DNA of 64,000 bases, taken from positions 20,534 to 84,533 of the forward strand of contig DATCRK010000070.1 of NCBI GenBank assembly GCA_036569005.1, given 5' to 3'. Under the pieces are notes generated by a model. That model ran no database searches, was not told the DNA's origin, and saw only the letters and a list, made by a program, of their open reading frames with translations. Of this stretch, positions 19,617 through 29,350 are shown piece after piece. The stretch's first letter is position 1. Each line of letters begins with the position of its first letter. Source of the stretch: Rhizomicrobium sp. (GTDB lineage Bacteria; Pseudomonadota; Alphaproteobacteria; Micropepsales; Micropepsaceae). The position numbers were made by a program, and so were the translations under genes.

Positions 19617-20750
19617 ATGGCCAACGGCCCTCTGCACGGCGTCCGCGTTCTCGACCTGACCGAATTCATCTTCGGGCCTTATGCCACGCAGGTGATGGGC
19701 GACCTCGGCGCGGACGTGATCAAGGTGGAGAACCCCGGCGGCGACCGCCAGCGCCACGGCAGCAAGTTCGCGAAGAACGAGGACATGGGCGCGACGTTCA
19801 TGTCCATGAACCGCAACAAGCGTTCGCTGACGCTGGACCTGAAAGTCGAAGAGGCGCGAGAGAAGCTGCGCGCGCTGATCCCGACGGCGAATGTCTTCAT
19901 CCACAATGTCCGCTCCGACGCGATGGCACGGCTGGGCTTCGGCTATGAGGAAGTGGCGAAGATCAATCCGCACATCGTCTATGTGCATTGCGTCGGCTAT
20001 GGCTCCGACGGTCCTTATGCCGGGCGGCAGGCGTTCGACGATCTGGTGCAGGCGGCATCCGGCACGGCCGATCTGCTGCCGCGCGTGGACGGTAACGAGG
20101 ACATGCGCCTGCTCCCCAGCTTCGTGGCGGACAAGGTTTCGTCCATGCACGCGCTGTGGGGAACACTGGCGGCGCTCTATCACCAGAAGGCGACGGGCGA
20201 AGGGCAGTTCGTGGAGGTGCCGATGTTTGAAAGCTTCACCAGCTTCATGATGATCGAGCATCTCTATGGCCACACCTTCGAGCCGCCCGTCGGTAAGCTG
20301 GGCCACACGCCCGCGCTGGCGAACGATCGCCGTCCGCTGAAGTGTAAAGACGGCCATATCTGCATCCAGCCGGTGAGCCGCGCGGCGTCCGCGAAGTTCA
20401 TGGAGCTGGGCGGCATTCCGAACGCCTATGAAAGCGACCGCTTTGTGAATGCGCCGAAGGGCAGCCGCGTCGCCGTCTATTATGCCATGCAGCGCGAGGC
20501 CGCGATGGCGTACACGGTGGAGGAATGGATGAAGCTCGGCGACGAGCACCGCATCCCCATCATGCGCGCCAACACGCTGGAGGAAGTGATGGTCGATCCA
20601 CATCTGGAAGCGGTGGATTTCTTCATCGAGCGCGAGCACCCGACGGAAGGCACATGGCGCGCGATGAAGCCGCCCGTGAAATTCTCCAAAACACCGGCCT
20701 CCATCCGCCGCGATCCGCCGCGCCCGGGGCAGAACAACGACGAATTCTGA
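19617..20750 (+). CDS. CaiB/BaiF family (class III) CoA-transferase
   Basis: GPLHGVRVLDLTEFIFGPYATQVMGDLGADVIKVE, NRNKRSLTLDLK, and a catalytic-Asp region FVADKVS. 377 aa. Confidence 0.88.
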   Translation: MANGPLHGVRVLDLTEFIFGPYATQVMGDLGADVIKVENPGGDRQRHGSKFAKNEDMGATFMSMNRNKRSLTLDLKVEEAREKLRALIPTANVFIHNVRSDAMARLGFGYEEVAKINPHIVYVHCVGYGSDGPYAGRQAFDDLVQAASGTADLLPRVDGNEDMRLLPSFVADKVSSMHALWGTLAALYHQKATGEGQFVEVPMFESFTSFMMIEHLYGHTFEPPVGKLGHTPALANDRRPLKCKDGHICIQPVSRAASAKFMELGGIPNAYESDRFVNAPKGSRVAVYYAMQREAAMAYTVEEWMKLGDEHRIPIMRANTLEEVMVDPHLEAVDFFIEREHPTEGTWRAMKPPVKFSKTPASIRRDPPRPGQNNDEF

Positions 20751-20762
20751 GGGGCATTTTCT

Positions 20763-21182
20763 GTGAGCAGCTTTTCCGGAGCTGATCCGAGCAAAGAACA
20801 AGATCTGGAATACGCCGGTATCGGCGGCTGGCTTCTCGTGCCTATCGCCAATTTGGTGTTGATTGTTGTGAGCGGCATTTATTTGCTCAACAATGGCAGG
20901 AGCGCGTTTGAACCAATCAGATACGTCCTAATTGGTCTTATCGTCTACTGCCTTTTGTGCCTCGCGCTCACATTCCTGCGCTATAAGTTGGCAAAATTCC
21001 TTTTAATTCTGTTCTATGCGGTCGCGTTCATAACCGACGTTGGAATTGGCATGATTATGAAGGCCCACGGCCAATTTGATCTTGTGCAGTTTATGAGCGC
21101 TCTAGTGCGTGGCATAATCGAGCTACTACTATTGTGCTACTTCATCATGTCTGTGCGCGTTAGGCAGACACTTATAAAATAA
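20763..21182 (+). CDS. integral membrane protein (possibly DUF2569-like), low-GC gene
   Basis: GTG start. [10 protein letters not shown] motif and four hydrophobic segments. Markedly AT-richer than its neighbours. Confidence 0.6.
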   Translation: MSSFSGADPSKEQDLEYAGIGGWLLVPIANLVLIVVSGIYLLNNGRSAFEPIRYVLIGLIVYCLLCLALTFLRYKLAKFLLILFYAVAFITDVGIGMIMKAHGQFDLVQFMSALVRGIIELLLLCYFIMSVRVRQTLIK

Positions 21183-21193
21183 TAGGAAACGCC

Positions 21194-23134
21194 ATGTCCG
21201 ATACGCTCATCCCCGTCTCCGCCGACGCGAAGACGCGCGCCTTCATCGACAAGGCCAAATATGACGAGATGTATGCGCGCTCGGTGAAAGACCCGGATGA
21301 GTTCTGGGGCGAGGAAGCCAAGCGGCTGGACTGGGCCAAGCCCTTCACCAAGGTGAAGAACGTCTCGTGGGACGCCAAGAACCTGCATATCAAATGGTTC
21401 GAGGATGGCGCGCTGAATGTCGCCGCCAATTGCATCGACCGGCATTTGCCCAGGCGGGCGAAGCAGACTGCGATCATCTGGGAGCCGGATGACCCGAAGG
21501 CCGACGCGAAACATATCACCTATGAAGAGCTGCACCGCGAGGTTTGCACCTTTGCGAATGTGCTGAAGACGCAAGGCGTCAAGAAAGGCGACCGCGTCAC
21601 CATCTATCTGCCGATGATCCCCGAAGCGGCCTACGCGATGCTCGCCTGCGCGCGCATCGGCGCCGTGCATTCGGTGATCTTCGCGGGCTTCTCGCCGGAC
21701 AGCATCGCGGGTCGCATCCAGGATTGTGCGTCGACCATCGTTCTGACGTCGGACGAAGGCCTGCGCGGCGGCAAGCCGATCCCGCTGAAGAAGAATGTCG
21801 ACGAAGCGCTGACGAAGTGCCCTGACGTGAAGAGCGTCGTGGTCGTCAAGCACACCGGTGCGGGTGTCGACATGAAATCCGGCCGCGACGTCTGGTATCG
21901 CGAGGCGGCGGCGAAAGTCTCCGCCGATTGTCCCGCCGAGGCGATGAACGCGGAAGACCCGCTGTTCATTCTCTACACGAGCGGTTCGACGGGCAAACCG
22001 AAGGGCGTGCTCCACACGTCCGGCGGCTATCTGATGTATGCCGGGTTCACCCATCAATATGTGTTCGATTATCACGACGGCGACATCTATTGGTGTACCG
22101 CGGACGTGGGCTGGGTGACGGGGCACAGCTACATCGTCTATGGACCGCTCTCGAACGGCGCGACGACACTGATGTTCGAAGGCGTGCCGAACTATCCCAG
22201 CACCTCGCGCTTCTGGGAGGTGATCGACAAGCACAAGGTCAACATCTTCTACACCGCGCCGACGGCGCTGCGCGCGCTGATGCGCGAAGGCGAAGCGCCG
22301 GTGAAGAAAACCTCGCGCGCCTCGCTGCGCCTGCTCGGCAGCGTCGGCGAGCCGATCAATCCGGAAGCGTGGTTGTGGTATTATAATGTGGTTGGCGACA
22401 AGCGCTGCCCCATCGTGGATACATGGTGGCAGACGGAGACCGGCGGCATTCTTATCTCGCCCCTGCCCGGCGCGACGGACCTGAAGCCCGGCTCCGCGAC
22501 GAAGCCGCTGTTCGGCATCCAGCCGCAGCTTGTCGATGCGGATGGCAAGGTTCTCGAAGGCGCGACGAGCGGCAATCTTGTGCTGCTCGATAGCTGGCCC
22601 GGCCAGATGCGCACGGTCTATGGCGATCACCAGCGCTTCATCGACACCTATTTCAAAACCTATCCGGGCAAATACTTCACCGGTGACGGCTGCCGCCGCG
22701 ACGAAGACGGCTATTACTGGATCACCGGCCGGGTCGATGACGTGATCAACGTCTCCGGCCACCGCCTCGGCACCGCAGAAGTGGAAAGCGCGCTCGTCGC
22801 CAACCACGATGTCGCCGAAGCCGCCGTCGTGGGCTTCCCGCACGACATCAAGGGCCAGGGCATCTACGCCTATGTGACCTTGAAGACCGGCGTCGAACCG
22901 ACCGATGCGTTGAACAACACGCTCAAGCAATGGGTGAGCAAGGAGATCAGCCCGATCGCCAAGCCGGACGTGATCCAGTTCGCGCCCGGCCTGCCCAAGA
23001 CACGCTCCGGCAAGATCATGCGGCGCATCTTGCGCAAGATCGCGGAAGGCGACACGTCCAACCTCGGCGACACGACCACGCTGGCCGATCCCAGCGTCGT
23101 TACCGATCTGGTGAAGAACGGGCCGAAGAAATAA
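21194..23134 (+). CDS. acs: acetyl-CoA synthetase
   Basis: Full-length Acs resemblance ([15 protein letters not shown] motif, [46 protein letters not shown]). 646 aa. Confidence 0.95.
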   Translation: MSDTLIPVSADAKTRAFIDKAKYDEMYARSVKDPDEFWGEEAKRLDWAKPFTKVKNVSWDAKNLHIKWFEDGALNVAANCIDRHLPRRAKQTAIIWEPDDPKADAKHITYEELHREVCTFANVLKTQGVKKGDRVTIYLPMIPEAAYAMLACARIGAVHSVIFAGFSPDSIAGRIQDCASTIVLTSDEGLRGGKPIPLKKNVDEALTKCPDVKSVVVVKHTGAGVDMKSGRDVWYREAAAKVSADCPAEAMNAEDPLFILYTSGSTGKPKGVLHTSGGYLMYAGFTHQYVFDYHDGDIYWCTADVGWVTGHSYIVYGPLSNGATTLMFEGVPNYPSTSRFWEVIDKHKVNIFYTAPTALRALMREGEAPVKKTSRASLRLLGSVGEPINPEAWLWYYNVVGDKRCPIVDTWWQTETGGILISPLPGATDLKPGSATKPLFGIQPQLVDADGKVLEGATSGNLVLLDSWPGQMRTVYGDHQRFIDTYFKTYPGKYFTGDGCRRDEDGYYWITGRVDDVINVSGHRLGTAEVESALVANHDVAEAAVVGFPHDIKGQGIYAYVTLKTGVEPTDALNNTLKQWVSKEISPIAKPDVIQFAPGLPKTRSGKIMRRILRKIAEGDTSNLGDTTTLADPSVVTDLVKNGPKK

Positions 23135-23463
23135 TGCCGGCGCAAAGCTTTCTCACCATCGCGTGGTGGCGGAACATCACGCCGATGCAAGTGATCCGCT
23201 TCATCGGCGAAGCATTCGCGTGGCTTTGGGCCGTCGTCGCAGGCGGCGGCGGATTCGGCCTCATCCTGATCGAAGGCCCATTGCCGCTGACGCACGGCTG
23301 GTACGCGTTGTTCTCCGGACTCGCTTGGTGTCCGGCGACTGCGTGGCTGCTGAAACGATATGGCAATGTCGAATTGTCCTACTGGACGCGCTTCGTGATT
23401 GCCGCGCTCATCATCCTTGCGGGACGTTTCGCGCTCATCGTGAAGATCTGGCCGTTCGGCTAG
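23134..23463 (+). CDS. small membrane protein (hypothetical)
   Basis: ATG overlaps the acs stop (TAATG). Three hydrophobic segments. 109 aa. Confidence 0.55.
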   Translation: MPAQSFLTIAWWRNITPMQVIRFIGEAFAWLWAVVAGGGGFGLILIEGPLPLTHGWYALFSGLAWCPATAWLLKRYGNVELSYWTRFVIAALIILAGRFALIVKIWPFG

Positions 23464-23879
23464 GCTTTCCACTTCCACTGGACCAGCAGCATCACGATCA
23501 CGCCGAGACCGCCGAACGATCCAAGCGCAAGAGGCAGCAGCGTGATCTGCTCTTGCCACTTCGCGGCGGTATGGCCGGCGCCCGCAATTGGCAGCGCGCG
23601 GCCCGTGCCCCAGATGCCGCCGAGCAGGATCGCGGCCCAGACGATGTAGAACGAAATCCACAGCACATGCGCCAGCGGCGTGCTCCAGCCGTTCCAGAAG
23701 GTCAGACGTTCCCACAGGAAGCCGAAGGCGATCAGCGCCACGCCCATCTGCGTGGCGGCGAGATGCGCGGAAAGGCCGATGCGTGGCACTTTCAGCGCGG
23801 GAATGGCGAAGCCTGTAAGCAGTCCGAGCAGGAACAGCAGAACGCCGGCGTAACAGAGAACAGACGTCATGCGCGCCAT
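23460..23879 (-). CDS. four-TM membrane protein (hypothetical), divergent from tetR
   Basis: MARMTSVLCYAGVLLFLLGLL... with four TM helices. 139 aa. Confidence 0.6.
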   Translation of the reverse strand: MARMTSVLCYAGVLLFLLGLLTGFAIPALKVPRIGLSAHLAATQMGVALIAFGFLWERLTFWNGWSTPLAHVLWISFYIVWAAILLGGIWGTGRALPIAGAGHTAAKWQEQITLLPLALGSFGGLGVIVMLLVQWKWKA

Positions 23880-23904
23880 TTGGGGGGAGCCCTTTCGTCA
23901 GGTT

Positions 23905-23943
23905 ACAGACTTCGAGTCTGTAATTACCGACTTCCAGTCTGTC
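23905..23943. promoter_or_regulatory. putative TetR operator: perfect palindrome ACAGACTTCGAGTCTGT plus a second half-repeat CGACTTCCAGTCTGT
   Basis: The 17-bp perfect inverted repeat at 23905..23921 and the related GACTTCCAGTCTGT at 23929..23942 lie in the 89-bp divergent intergenic region. Confidence 0.55.
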
Positions 23944-23968
23944 CGTCAACCGTGGTAACGAGAACGTC

Positions 23969-24553
23969 ATGATCCGCCAGCTCGACCGCAGCGCCGCCAC
24001 CATCGCCGACATTCTCGCCGCCGCCCGCAAGCTGTTCGCGAGCGAAGGCTTCGATGCCACCAGCATCGACGGCATCGCGGCGAAAGCGGGCGTGGCGAAA
24101 GGCGCGGTCTATCACCACTTCGAATCCAAGGAGGAAATCTTCACCCGCGTGCTGGAAGACGTGCAGGCGGAGATCGCCGCCCTGCCCGTTCCCGCCGCCA
24201 CGCGCGCGATGACTGATCCGTTGGACCAGATCGCGGCCGAGACGCTGCGCTACCTTCTCGCCGCAACGGAGCCGTCGCGCAAACGCATCCTGTTGATCGA
24301 CGGCCCGGCCGTGATCGGCTGGAAAAAGTGGCGCGAGATCGACGACCGCTTCTTCGGCGCAGGCGCGAAGGCCGCGATGACACTCGTGCTCGGACCGAAG
24401 GCGACGCCACGCGAGGTCGATGCCGTTACGCACCTCTTGATGGGCGCGGTGATGGAAGCATGCCTGGTATGCGCGACGGCGCCGGACGCCAAAAAGGCCG
24501 CGCGCGAACTTTCCGCGGGACTGCGCAGGATGCTTCAGGGCTTGCGTCCGTAG
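23969..24553 (+). CDS. TetR/AcrR family transcriptional regulator
   Basis: HTH region ARKLFASEGFDATSIDGIAAKAGVAKGAVYHHFESKEEIF. 194 aa. Confidence 0.9.
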   Translation: MIRQLDRSAATIADILAAARKLFASEGFDATSIDGIAAKAGVAKGAVYHHFESKEEIFTRVLEDVQAEIAALPVPAATRAMTDPLDQIAAETLRYLLAATEPSRKRILLIDGPAVIGWKKWREIDDRFFGAGAKAAMTLVLGPKATPREVDAVTHLLMGAVMEACLVCATAPDAKKAARELSAGLRRMLQGLRP

Positions 24554-24594
24554 TTTCCCGATCTATCGTTCGGCAAAGACATCGGAGGAACGAA

Positions 24595-25446
24595 ATGCTC
24601 ACCTGGCAGATCGGCGACGTGAAAGTCAGCCGCGTTGTGGAATCCGAACTCCCGGTCAAACACAAATATTCTTTTCTCCAGCAGGCGACGCCCGAGGCGT
24701 TGCGCGAAATGCCATGGCTCTATCCGCATTTCGTGCAGGAGGATGGCTCGATGGTGCTGTCGATCCACGCATTGCTGGTGGACGCGCCGGGGCTGAAGCT
24801 GGTGGTGGACACCTGCGTGGGCAACGACAAGCCGCGTGCGCTCTTCCGCAACCAGCCCTTGCAGACGCAATTCCTGAACGACATCGCCGCCGCCGGTTTT
24901 CCACGCGAGAAGGTGGATGCCGTCGTCTGCACGCATCTGCATGTCGATCATGTCGGCTGGAACACGATGAAGGACGGCGACACGTGGGTGCCGACCTTCC
25001 CCAATGCGCGCTATCTCATCGGCAAGACGGAGTACGAGCACTGGACGAGCCGGGCCGAGGGCGAGACGGCGCAGATCATGGACGATTCCGTGAAGCCGAT
25101 CTTCGATGCCGGCCTCGCGCAGACCGTGGAGATGGATCACCGCATCTCGCCCGAGATCCGGCTGGTGCCGACGCCGGGGCACACGCCCGGCCATGTCAGC
25201 GTGATGATCGAGTCAAAAGGTCAGACCGCCGTCATCACCGGCGACATGATCCATCATCCCTGCCAGTTCGGCCGCCCCGACTGGCTCTCCGCCTTCGACG
25301 GCGACCAGCAAGCTGCCAACGCGCGCCGGCACACGATGTTCAAGCAATGGGCCGACCAGCCGATCCTCGTCATCGGCACCCATTTCGGCGCACCGACCGC
25401 CGGACATGTGAAGTCCGACGGCAACGCCTGGCGGTTCGAGGCTTGA
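24595..25446 (+). CDS. MBL-fold metallo-hydrolase (lactonase-like)
   Basis: HLHVDHVGWN zinc motif and TPGHTPGH. ATG at 24595 preceded by GGAGGA. Confidence 0.85.
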   Translation: MLTWQIGDVKVSRVVESELPVKHKYSFLQQATPEALREMPWLYPHFVQEDGSMVLSIHALLVDAPGLKLVVDTCVGNDKPRALFRNQPLQTQFLNDIAAAGFPREKVDAVVCTHLHVDHVGWNTMKDGDTWVPTFPNARYLIGKTEYEHWTSRAEGETAQIMDDSVKPIFDAGLAQTVEMDHRISPEIRLVPTPGHTPGHVSVMIESKGQTAVITGDMIHHPCQFGRPDWLSAFDGDQQAANARRHTMFKQWADQPILVIGTHFGAPTAGHVKSDGNAWRFEA

Positions 25447-25553
25447 TCTACGCCCTCCCCCCGTGGGGAAGAGGGAAAATAAATGAGGAAAATTCTTACA
25501 AGACGATATCTCCGGCTTGTGCTTGGATCGCGCAAATCGAGGGGGAATCGAAC

Positions 25554-25925
25554 ATGTTGCGGAAAATCGGAGCCGTCATCGCTGCGCTGGTGACGTGGGG
25601 TGTTGTTGTCACAATCTTGAACTTCGGATTGCGCTACGGCTTTCCGGGCTATCAGGCCGTCGAGAAAGCGATGACGTTCACGCTCGGCATGATGTGGGCG
25701 CGGCTGACGATCAGCTTCGTGGCCACGCTCAGCGCGGGCGCGGTGACGGCGTTGATCGCGCCGGACCGGCTCACATGGCCGCTCATCACCGGCATCGTGC
25801 TGCTGGCGATCTTCATCCCGGTGCATATGAACATCTGGGCGCATTTTCCGCTTTGGTATCACCTCACCTTCCTGCCCTCGCTGCCGATCCTGAGCGTGGC
25901 GGGCGGGCGGATGGTGCGCGCTTAA
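25554..25925 (+). CDS. membrane protein (hypothetical)
   Basis: MLRKIGAVIAALVTWGVVV... with four hydrophobic segments. 123 aa. Confidence 0.55.
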   Translation: MLRKIGAVIAALVTWGVVVTILNFGLRYGFPGYQAVEKAMTFTLGMMWARLTISFVATLSAGAVTALIAPDRLTWPLITGIVLLAIFIPVHMNIWAHFPLWYHLTFLPSLPILSVAGGRMVRA

Positions 25926-26452
25926 GCGGCGATCTCACGCGCGAAAGCGTTCAGCGCGCTTTTGATCTTCGCCGCGTAATCGGGATTGGCGGCGATCGTC
26001 TGCTCGTCCTTCTCCGTGCCGAGCAAATTGATGGCGATGCACGCGCTGTCCACGATGCGCGTGCCCATCGTCTCCAGCACCAGGCGCAGCGCCGCCTGCG
26101 AAGCGACGCCGCGTTCCGAAGCATGAAAGAAGGCGACGGGCTTGCCGGGATGCTCCGGGCCGCTCACCAGCCAGTCGAGCGCGTTCTTCAGGCTGCCGGG
26201 AATGCCGCGCGCATATTCGGGGCTGGAGATCAGAAGGCCGTCCGCTGCCGCAATCTTTGCGCGCCAATCGGCGGCGGCAGGCGGCAACGGCTCGACATCG
26301 TCGTCCGGATTGAAATGCTGCAGCGTTGCGAGGCCCTGCCAGAATTCGATCTCCATGTCCGCGGGCTTGAGCAACATCGCAGCTCTCAGAAGGGCGGTAT
26401 TCGTGGATACGGCCCGCAAGCTTCCGGAAACGGCCAGCAGACGAACGCTCAT
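25922..26452 (-). CDS. NADPH-dependent FMN reductase family protein
   Basis: LLAVSGSLRAVSTNTALL, LLISSPEYARGIPGSLKNALDW. Start overlaps the upstream gene stop by 4 nt. Confidence 0.85.
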   Translation of the reverse strand: MSVRLLAVSGSLRAVSTNTALLRAAMLLKPADMEIEFWQGLATLQHFNPDDDVEPLPPAAADWRAKIAAADGLLISSPEYARGIPGSLKNALDWLVSGPEHPGKPVAFFHASERGVASQAALRLVLETMGTRIVDSACIAINLLGTEKDEQTIAANPDYAAKIKSALNAFAREIAA

Positions 26453-27006
26453 GTGCGCAGGTCGATAAGACGGAATTGCTCGGCAAGGCTGTTGACCGCA
26501 TCCACGCCGCCGCGCGTGGGATCGTAGACGGTCTGCTTCCACGAGATGTGATAGAGAACTTGATGCGTGTCGTCATCCTCCGCGAAAGCGAAAGGCAGCA
26601 ACAACTCCTCCGAAAACTGTTTCGCGCCGGATTCGCGGTAGCCCGTGCGCAGACCGCGGCCGATGGCACCGCGCGCCACATCCGACCATCGTTGCAATCG
26701 CGCCTGCCGGTCCTCGGGCCGCGTGAGTGCGATCCAGTCCTTGCCCTTGGGGTCCTGCTTCAGTCCCTGCGTGAGCGCGGAACCCATCAGCCGGCAATGC
26801 ACGCTCTTGTCGGGAACGACATCGAAGATAGCGATGGCGGGCAACGCCTTCACCACCGCCTTGGGCTTGAACTCGGCGCGCGACGGCAGCGCATCGCCAC
26901 GCCATAGCGAAAGCCAATGGTCCACAACCAGCTTGGCATCGATGCTGGGTGGGTTCTCTCCAAAGCTGCGAACGGCAATCTCTTTGTTGAAGCCCATTAA
27001 GCCCAC
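26449..27006 (-). CDS. PAS_5 (DUF1457)-like PAS domain protein
   Basis: [18 protein letters not shown]...LPAIAIFDV...CRLMGSAL pattern of the alphaproteobacterial stand-alone PAS_5 family. GTG at 27006 or ATG at 26997 (TAATG overlap). Confidence 0.7.
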   Translation of the reverse strand: MGLMGFNKEIAVRSFGENPPSIDAKLVVDHWLSLWRGDALPSRAEFKPKAVVKALPAIAIFDVVPDKSVHCRLMGSALTQGLKQDPKGKDWIALTRPEDRQARLQRWSDVARGAIGRGLRTGYRESGAKQFSEELLLPFAFAEDDDTHQVLYHISWKQTVYDPTRGGVDAVNSLAEQFRLIDLRT

Positions 27007-27287
27007 GCGTTCATTGCCTTCGCCATGTCTATATCGTTCTGCGTCACGCCGCCGGCATCATGGGTGGAAAGCGTTACCTCAACCTTATTGTAGACATTGA
27101 ACCACTCCGGATGGTGATCCATCTTGTCGGCCAGCAACGCCACGCGCGTCATGAAGCCGAAGGCTTCGTTGAAATCCTTGAACTTGAAGTTTTTCGCGAT
27201 CGCCTCGCCGCCCTTGGATTCCTTCCAGCCTTTCAGCGACTTCAGCGCGGCGGCACGGGTTTTCGGTTCGAGCTTCTTAACTTTCAT
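26997..27287 (-). CDS. phhB: 4a-hydroxytetrahydrobiopterin (pterin-4a-carbinolamine) dehydratase
   Basis: [42 protein letters not shown], the family signature. 96 aa. Confidence 0.92.
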   Translation of the reverse strand: MKVKKLEPKTRAAALKSLKGWKESKGGEAIAKNFKFKDFNEAFGFMTRVALLADKMDHHPEWFNVYNKVEVTLSTHDAGGVTQNDIDMAKAMNAWA

Positions 27288-27299
27288 GGCGATCTCCGG

Positions 27300-27830
27300 T
27301 TACGTCAGGTTGTAAACGCGCTCGGGCACATAAACGCTCCCGTTGGGCGTCAGCGTGCTCGAATAGAGCGCAAACGAGGAAACTTCGAACGGCGGGCCGG
27401 CATAGAGCGCGTGATCCGTCAGCCAGTCCATCACCTTGCCGATGGGCGCTGCGCGCAGCCGGGCGAGCGTGACGTGCGGTGTAAATTTGCGTTCGTCCGC
27501 GGCGACACCCATGCGATGCAATGCCGCTTCCACTTTCCGGTTCAGATGGCCGACGGCCTGCGCGTCGTTCACGCCCGCCCAGACGGCATGCGGTTTCTTG
27601 CCGCCGAACTCGCCGACGCCTTTCAGCGCCAACGTGAAACGCGGCGACGAAATCGCGGACAACGCATCGTCGATGTCGTTGGCTTCGCGCCCATCCACTT
27701 CGCCGATGAAGCGCAAGGTGAGATGCAGTTGCTCACGCGTCTGCCAGCGCGCACCGGGAATGCCCGCCTGGATCAGCAACAGGCCCTTCGCCGCGGCCTC
27801 CGGAAGCGCAAGCGCCACGAACAATCTCAT
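27300..27830 (-). CDS. thpR: RNA 2',3'-cyclic phosphodiesterase (2H family, ThpR/LigT)
   Basis: Two HxTx motifs (HLTLRF and HVTLAR). 176 aa. Overlaps the murJ stop by 4 nt. Confidence 0.88.
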   Translation of the reverse strand: MRLFVALALPEAAAKGLLLIQAGIPGARWQTREQLHLTLRFIGEVDGREANDIDDALSAISSPRFTLALKGVGEFGGKKPHAVWAGVNDAQAVGHLNRKVEAALHRMGVAADERKFTPHVTLARLRAAPIGKVMDWLTDHALYAGPPFEVSSFALYSSTLTPNGSVYVPERVYNLT

Positions 27831-29350
27831 CCCGCAAGCCGCCCCAACGGCAGCGAACGCCGAAAAACGAGGATAGCAGCGCCATAGGCCAGGCCGCCAA
27901 GAACGATCGCAAGCACCAGGTTCATCTCGTCACGGAACGGAACGCTCATCGCATGCAACGCGGTGGCGCCGAGATAGGCTCCCGCTGCCGCCGCCGCGGT
28001 CGCAATGAGCACCGGCAACAGCGCGCGATGGAAAGCGGCGTCCATGGCGAGAAGGCCGCGCCTGCGCCCGATCCATGTCAGCACGCCGACATTGATCCAC
28101 GCACCGAACGCCGTGCCGAGCGCCACGCCCGCGATGCCAAGGTGAAAGCCCCACACGAAGACGATCTTCAAAGCGATGTTGCAGGCCAGCGCCGCGATGG
28201 TGACGCGCGCGGGCGTCGCCGTGTCGTGCCGGGCATAAAACGTTGCCTGCACGATGCGCGACAATGCGAAGGCCGGAAGCCCTACGCCATAGGCCGCGAG
28301 CGCGATCGCGGAAAGTGCCGCGGCACTCTTGTCGAACGCGCCATGCGCAAAGATCGCGCGCATGATCGTGTCCGGAATGACGACGAACACGGCCGCGAAG
28401 GGCAGCGTGAGCAGAAGCGAGAGCGAGGCCGTGCGGTTCTGCGCGTGGTCCGATCCCGCGCGGTCGCCCACCGCCAGCTTGGCCGACATCGCAGGCAGCA
28501 ACACCGTGCCCAGCGCGATGCCGAGAACGCCCAGCGGCAACTGCTGGATGCGGTCGGCATAATAAAGCGCCGTCCGGCTGCCGACGGGCAGAAGGCTGGC
28601 GATGATCGTGTCGATGAACGGCGCCACGAACACGCCGGCGGCGCCCACCGTCACCGCGCCGAACGCCTTGAAGAACTCCCGGATCTCCGGCGTCCATTTC
28701 GGCCACGCGATGCGCAGGCTGAGACCGTCGTGACGGCTGGCCCAGAGCATGAAGAACAACTGCATGAAGCCGCCGAGCAGCACGCCCCACGCGGCAGCAT
28801 AAGCGGCGTTGGGAAACCAGTGGGAGGCCAGGAGGCACGCGATCATGCCGATGTTCTGGAAATTCGACCACGCGGCGGCAGCCCAGAATTTGTTGATCGC
28901 ATTCAGCATCGCCGAAAGCTGGATCGCGACGACGGTGAGGATCAGATAGGGGAATGTGATGCGCGCAAGGCCGACGGTGAGCGAAAGCTGGCCGGCATTG
29001 TCCGCAAAGCCCGGCGCGATCACATGCACCAGGAGCGGCATGAAGATCAGCGCGAAGATCAGGATCACGAACTGCGCCAGCATCTGCCACGAGAACACAC
29101 GGTCTGCGAACAACGCCGCGGCCTGATGCTCGCCGCGCGCATGCAGCGCCGCGTAACGCGGGAGGAAAGCAGGGTTGATCGTACCTTCACCGAAGATGGA
29201 GCGGAAATAGCTGGGGAACAGGAAGGCGACGATGAATGCGTCCGACAGCACGCCCTTGCCCAGCACCCACGCCATCAGGATGTCGCGGATGAAGCCGGTG
29301 ACGCGCGACAGCAGCGTGAATCCGCCGACGGAGAGAAGCCGCTTGAACAT
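27827..29350 (-). CDS. murJ: lipid II flippase MurJ
   Basis: SRVTGFIRDILMAWVLG, EGTINPAFLPRY. About 14 TM segments. 507 aa. Confidence 0.92.
   Translation of the reverse strand: MFKRLLSVGGFTLLSRVTGFIRDILMAWVLGKGVLSDAFIVAFLFPSYFRSIFGEGTINPAFLPRYAALHARGEHQAAALFADRVFSWQMLAQFVILIFALIFMPLLVHVIAPGFADNAGQLSLTVGLARITFPYLILTVVAIQLSAMLNAINKFWAAAAWSNFQNIGMIACLLASHWFPNAAYAAAWGVLLGGFMQLFFMLWASRHDGLSLRIAWPKWTPEIREFFKAFGAVTVGAAGVFVAPFIDTIIASLLPVGSRTALYYADRIQQLPLGVLGIALGTVLLPAMSAKLAVGDRAGSDHAQNRTASLSLLLTLPFAAVFVVIPDTIMRAIFAHGAFDKSAAALSAIALAAYGVGLPAFALSRIVQATFYARHDTATPARVTIAALACNIALKIVFVWGFHLGIAGVALGTAFGAWINVGVLTWIGRRRGLLAMDAAFHRALLPVLIATAAAAAGAYLGATALHAMSVPFRDEMNLVLAIVLGGLAYGAAILVFRRSLPLGRLAG

Noticed and set aside
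21137-22930. Long antisense ORFs opposite acs (21137..22930), carB (44216..45847, 45857..46786), thiC (13915..15687), murJ/tesA-like (27953..30073), the histidine kinase (12681..14048) and the ligase region (59425..60381).
   Set aside because: All lie opposite CDSs with strong family signatures. Their translations are Arg/Gly/His/Asp-rich with no domains. I see no evidence for overlapping genes.
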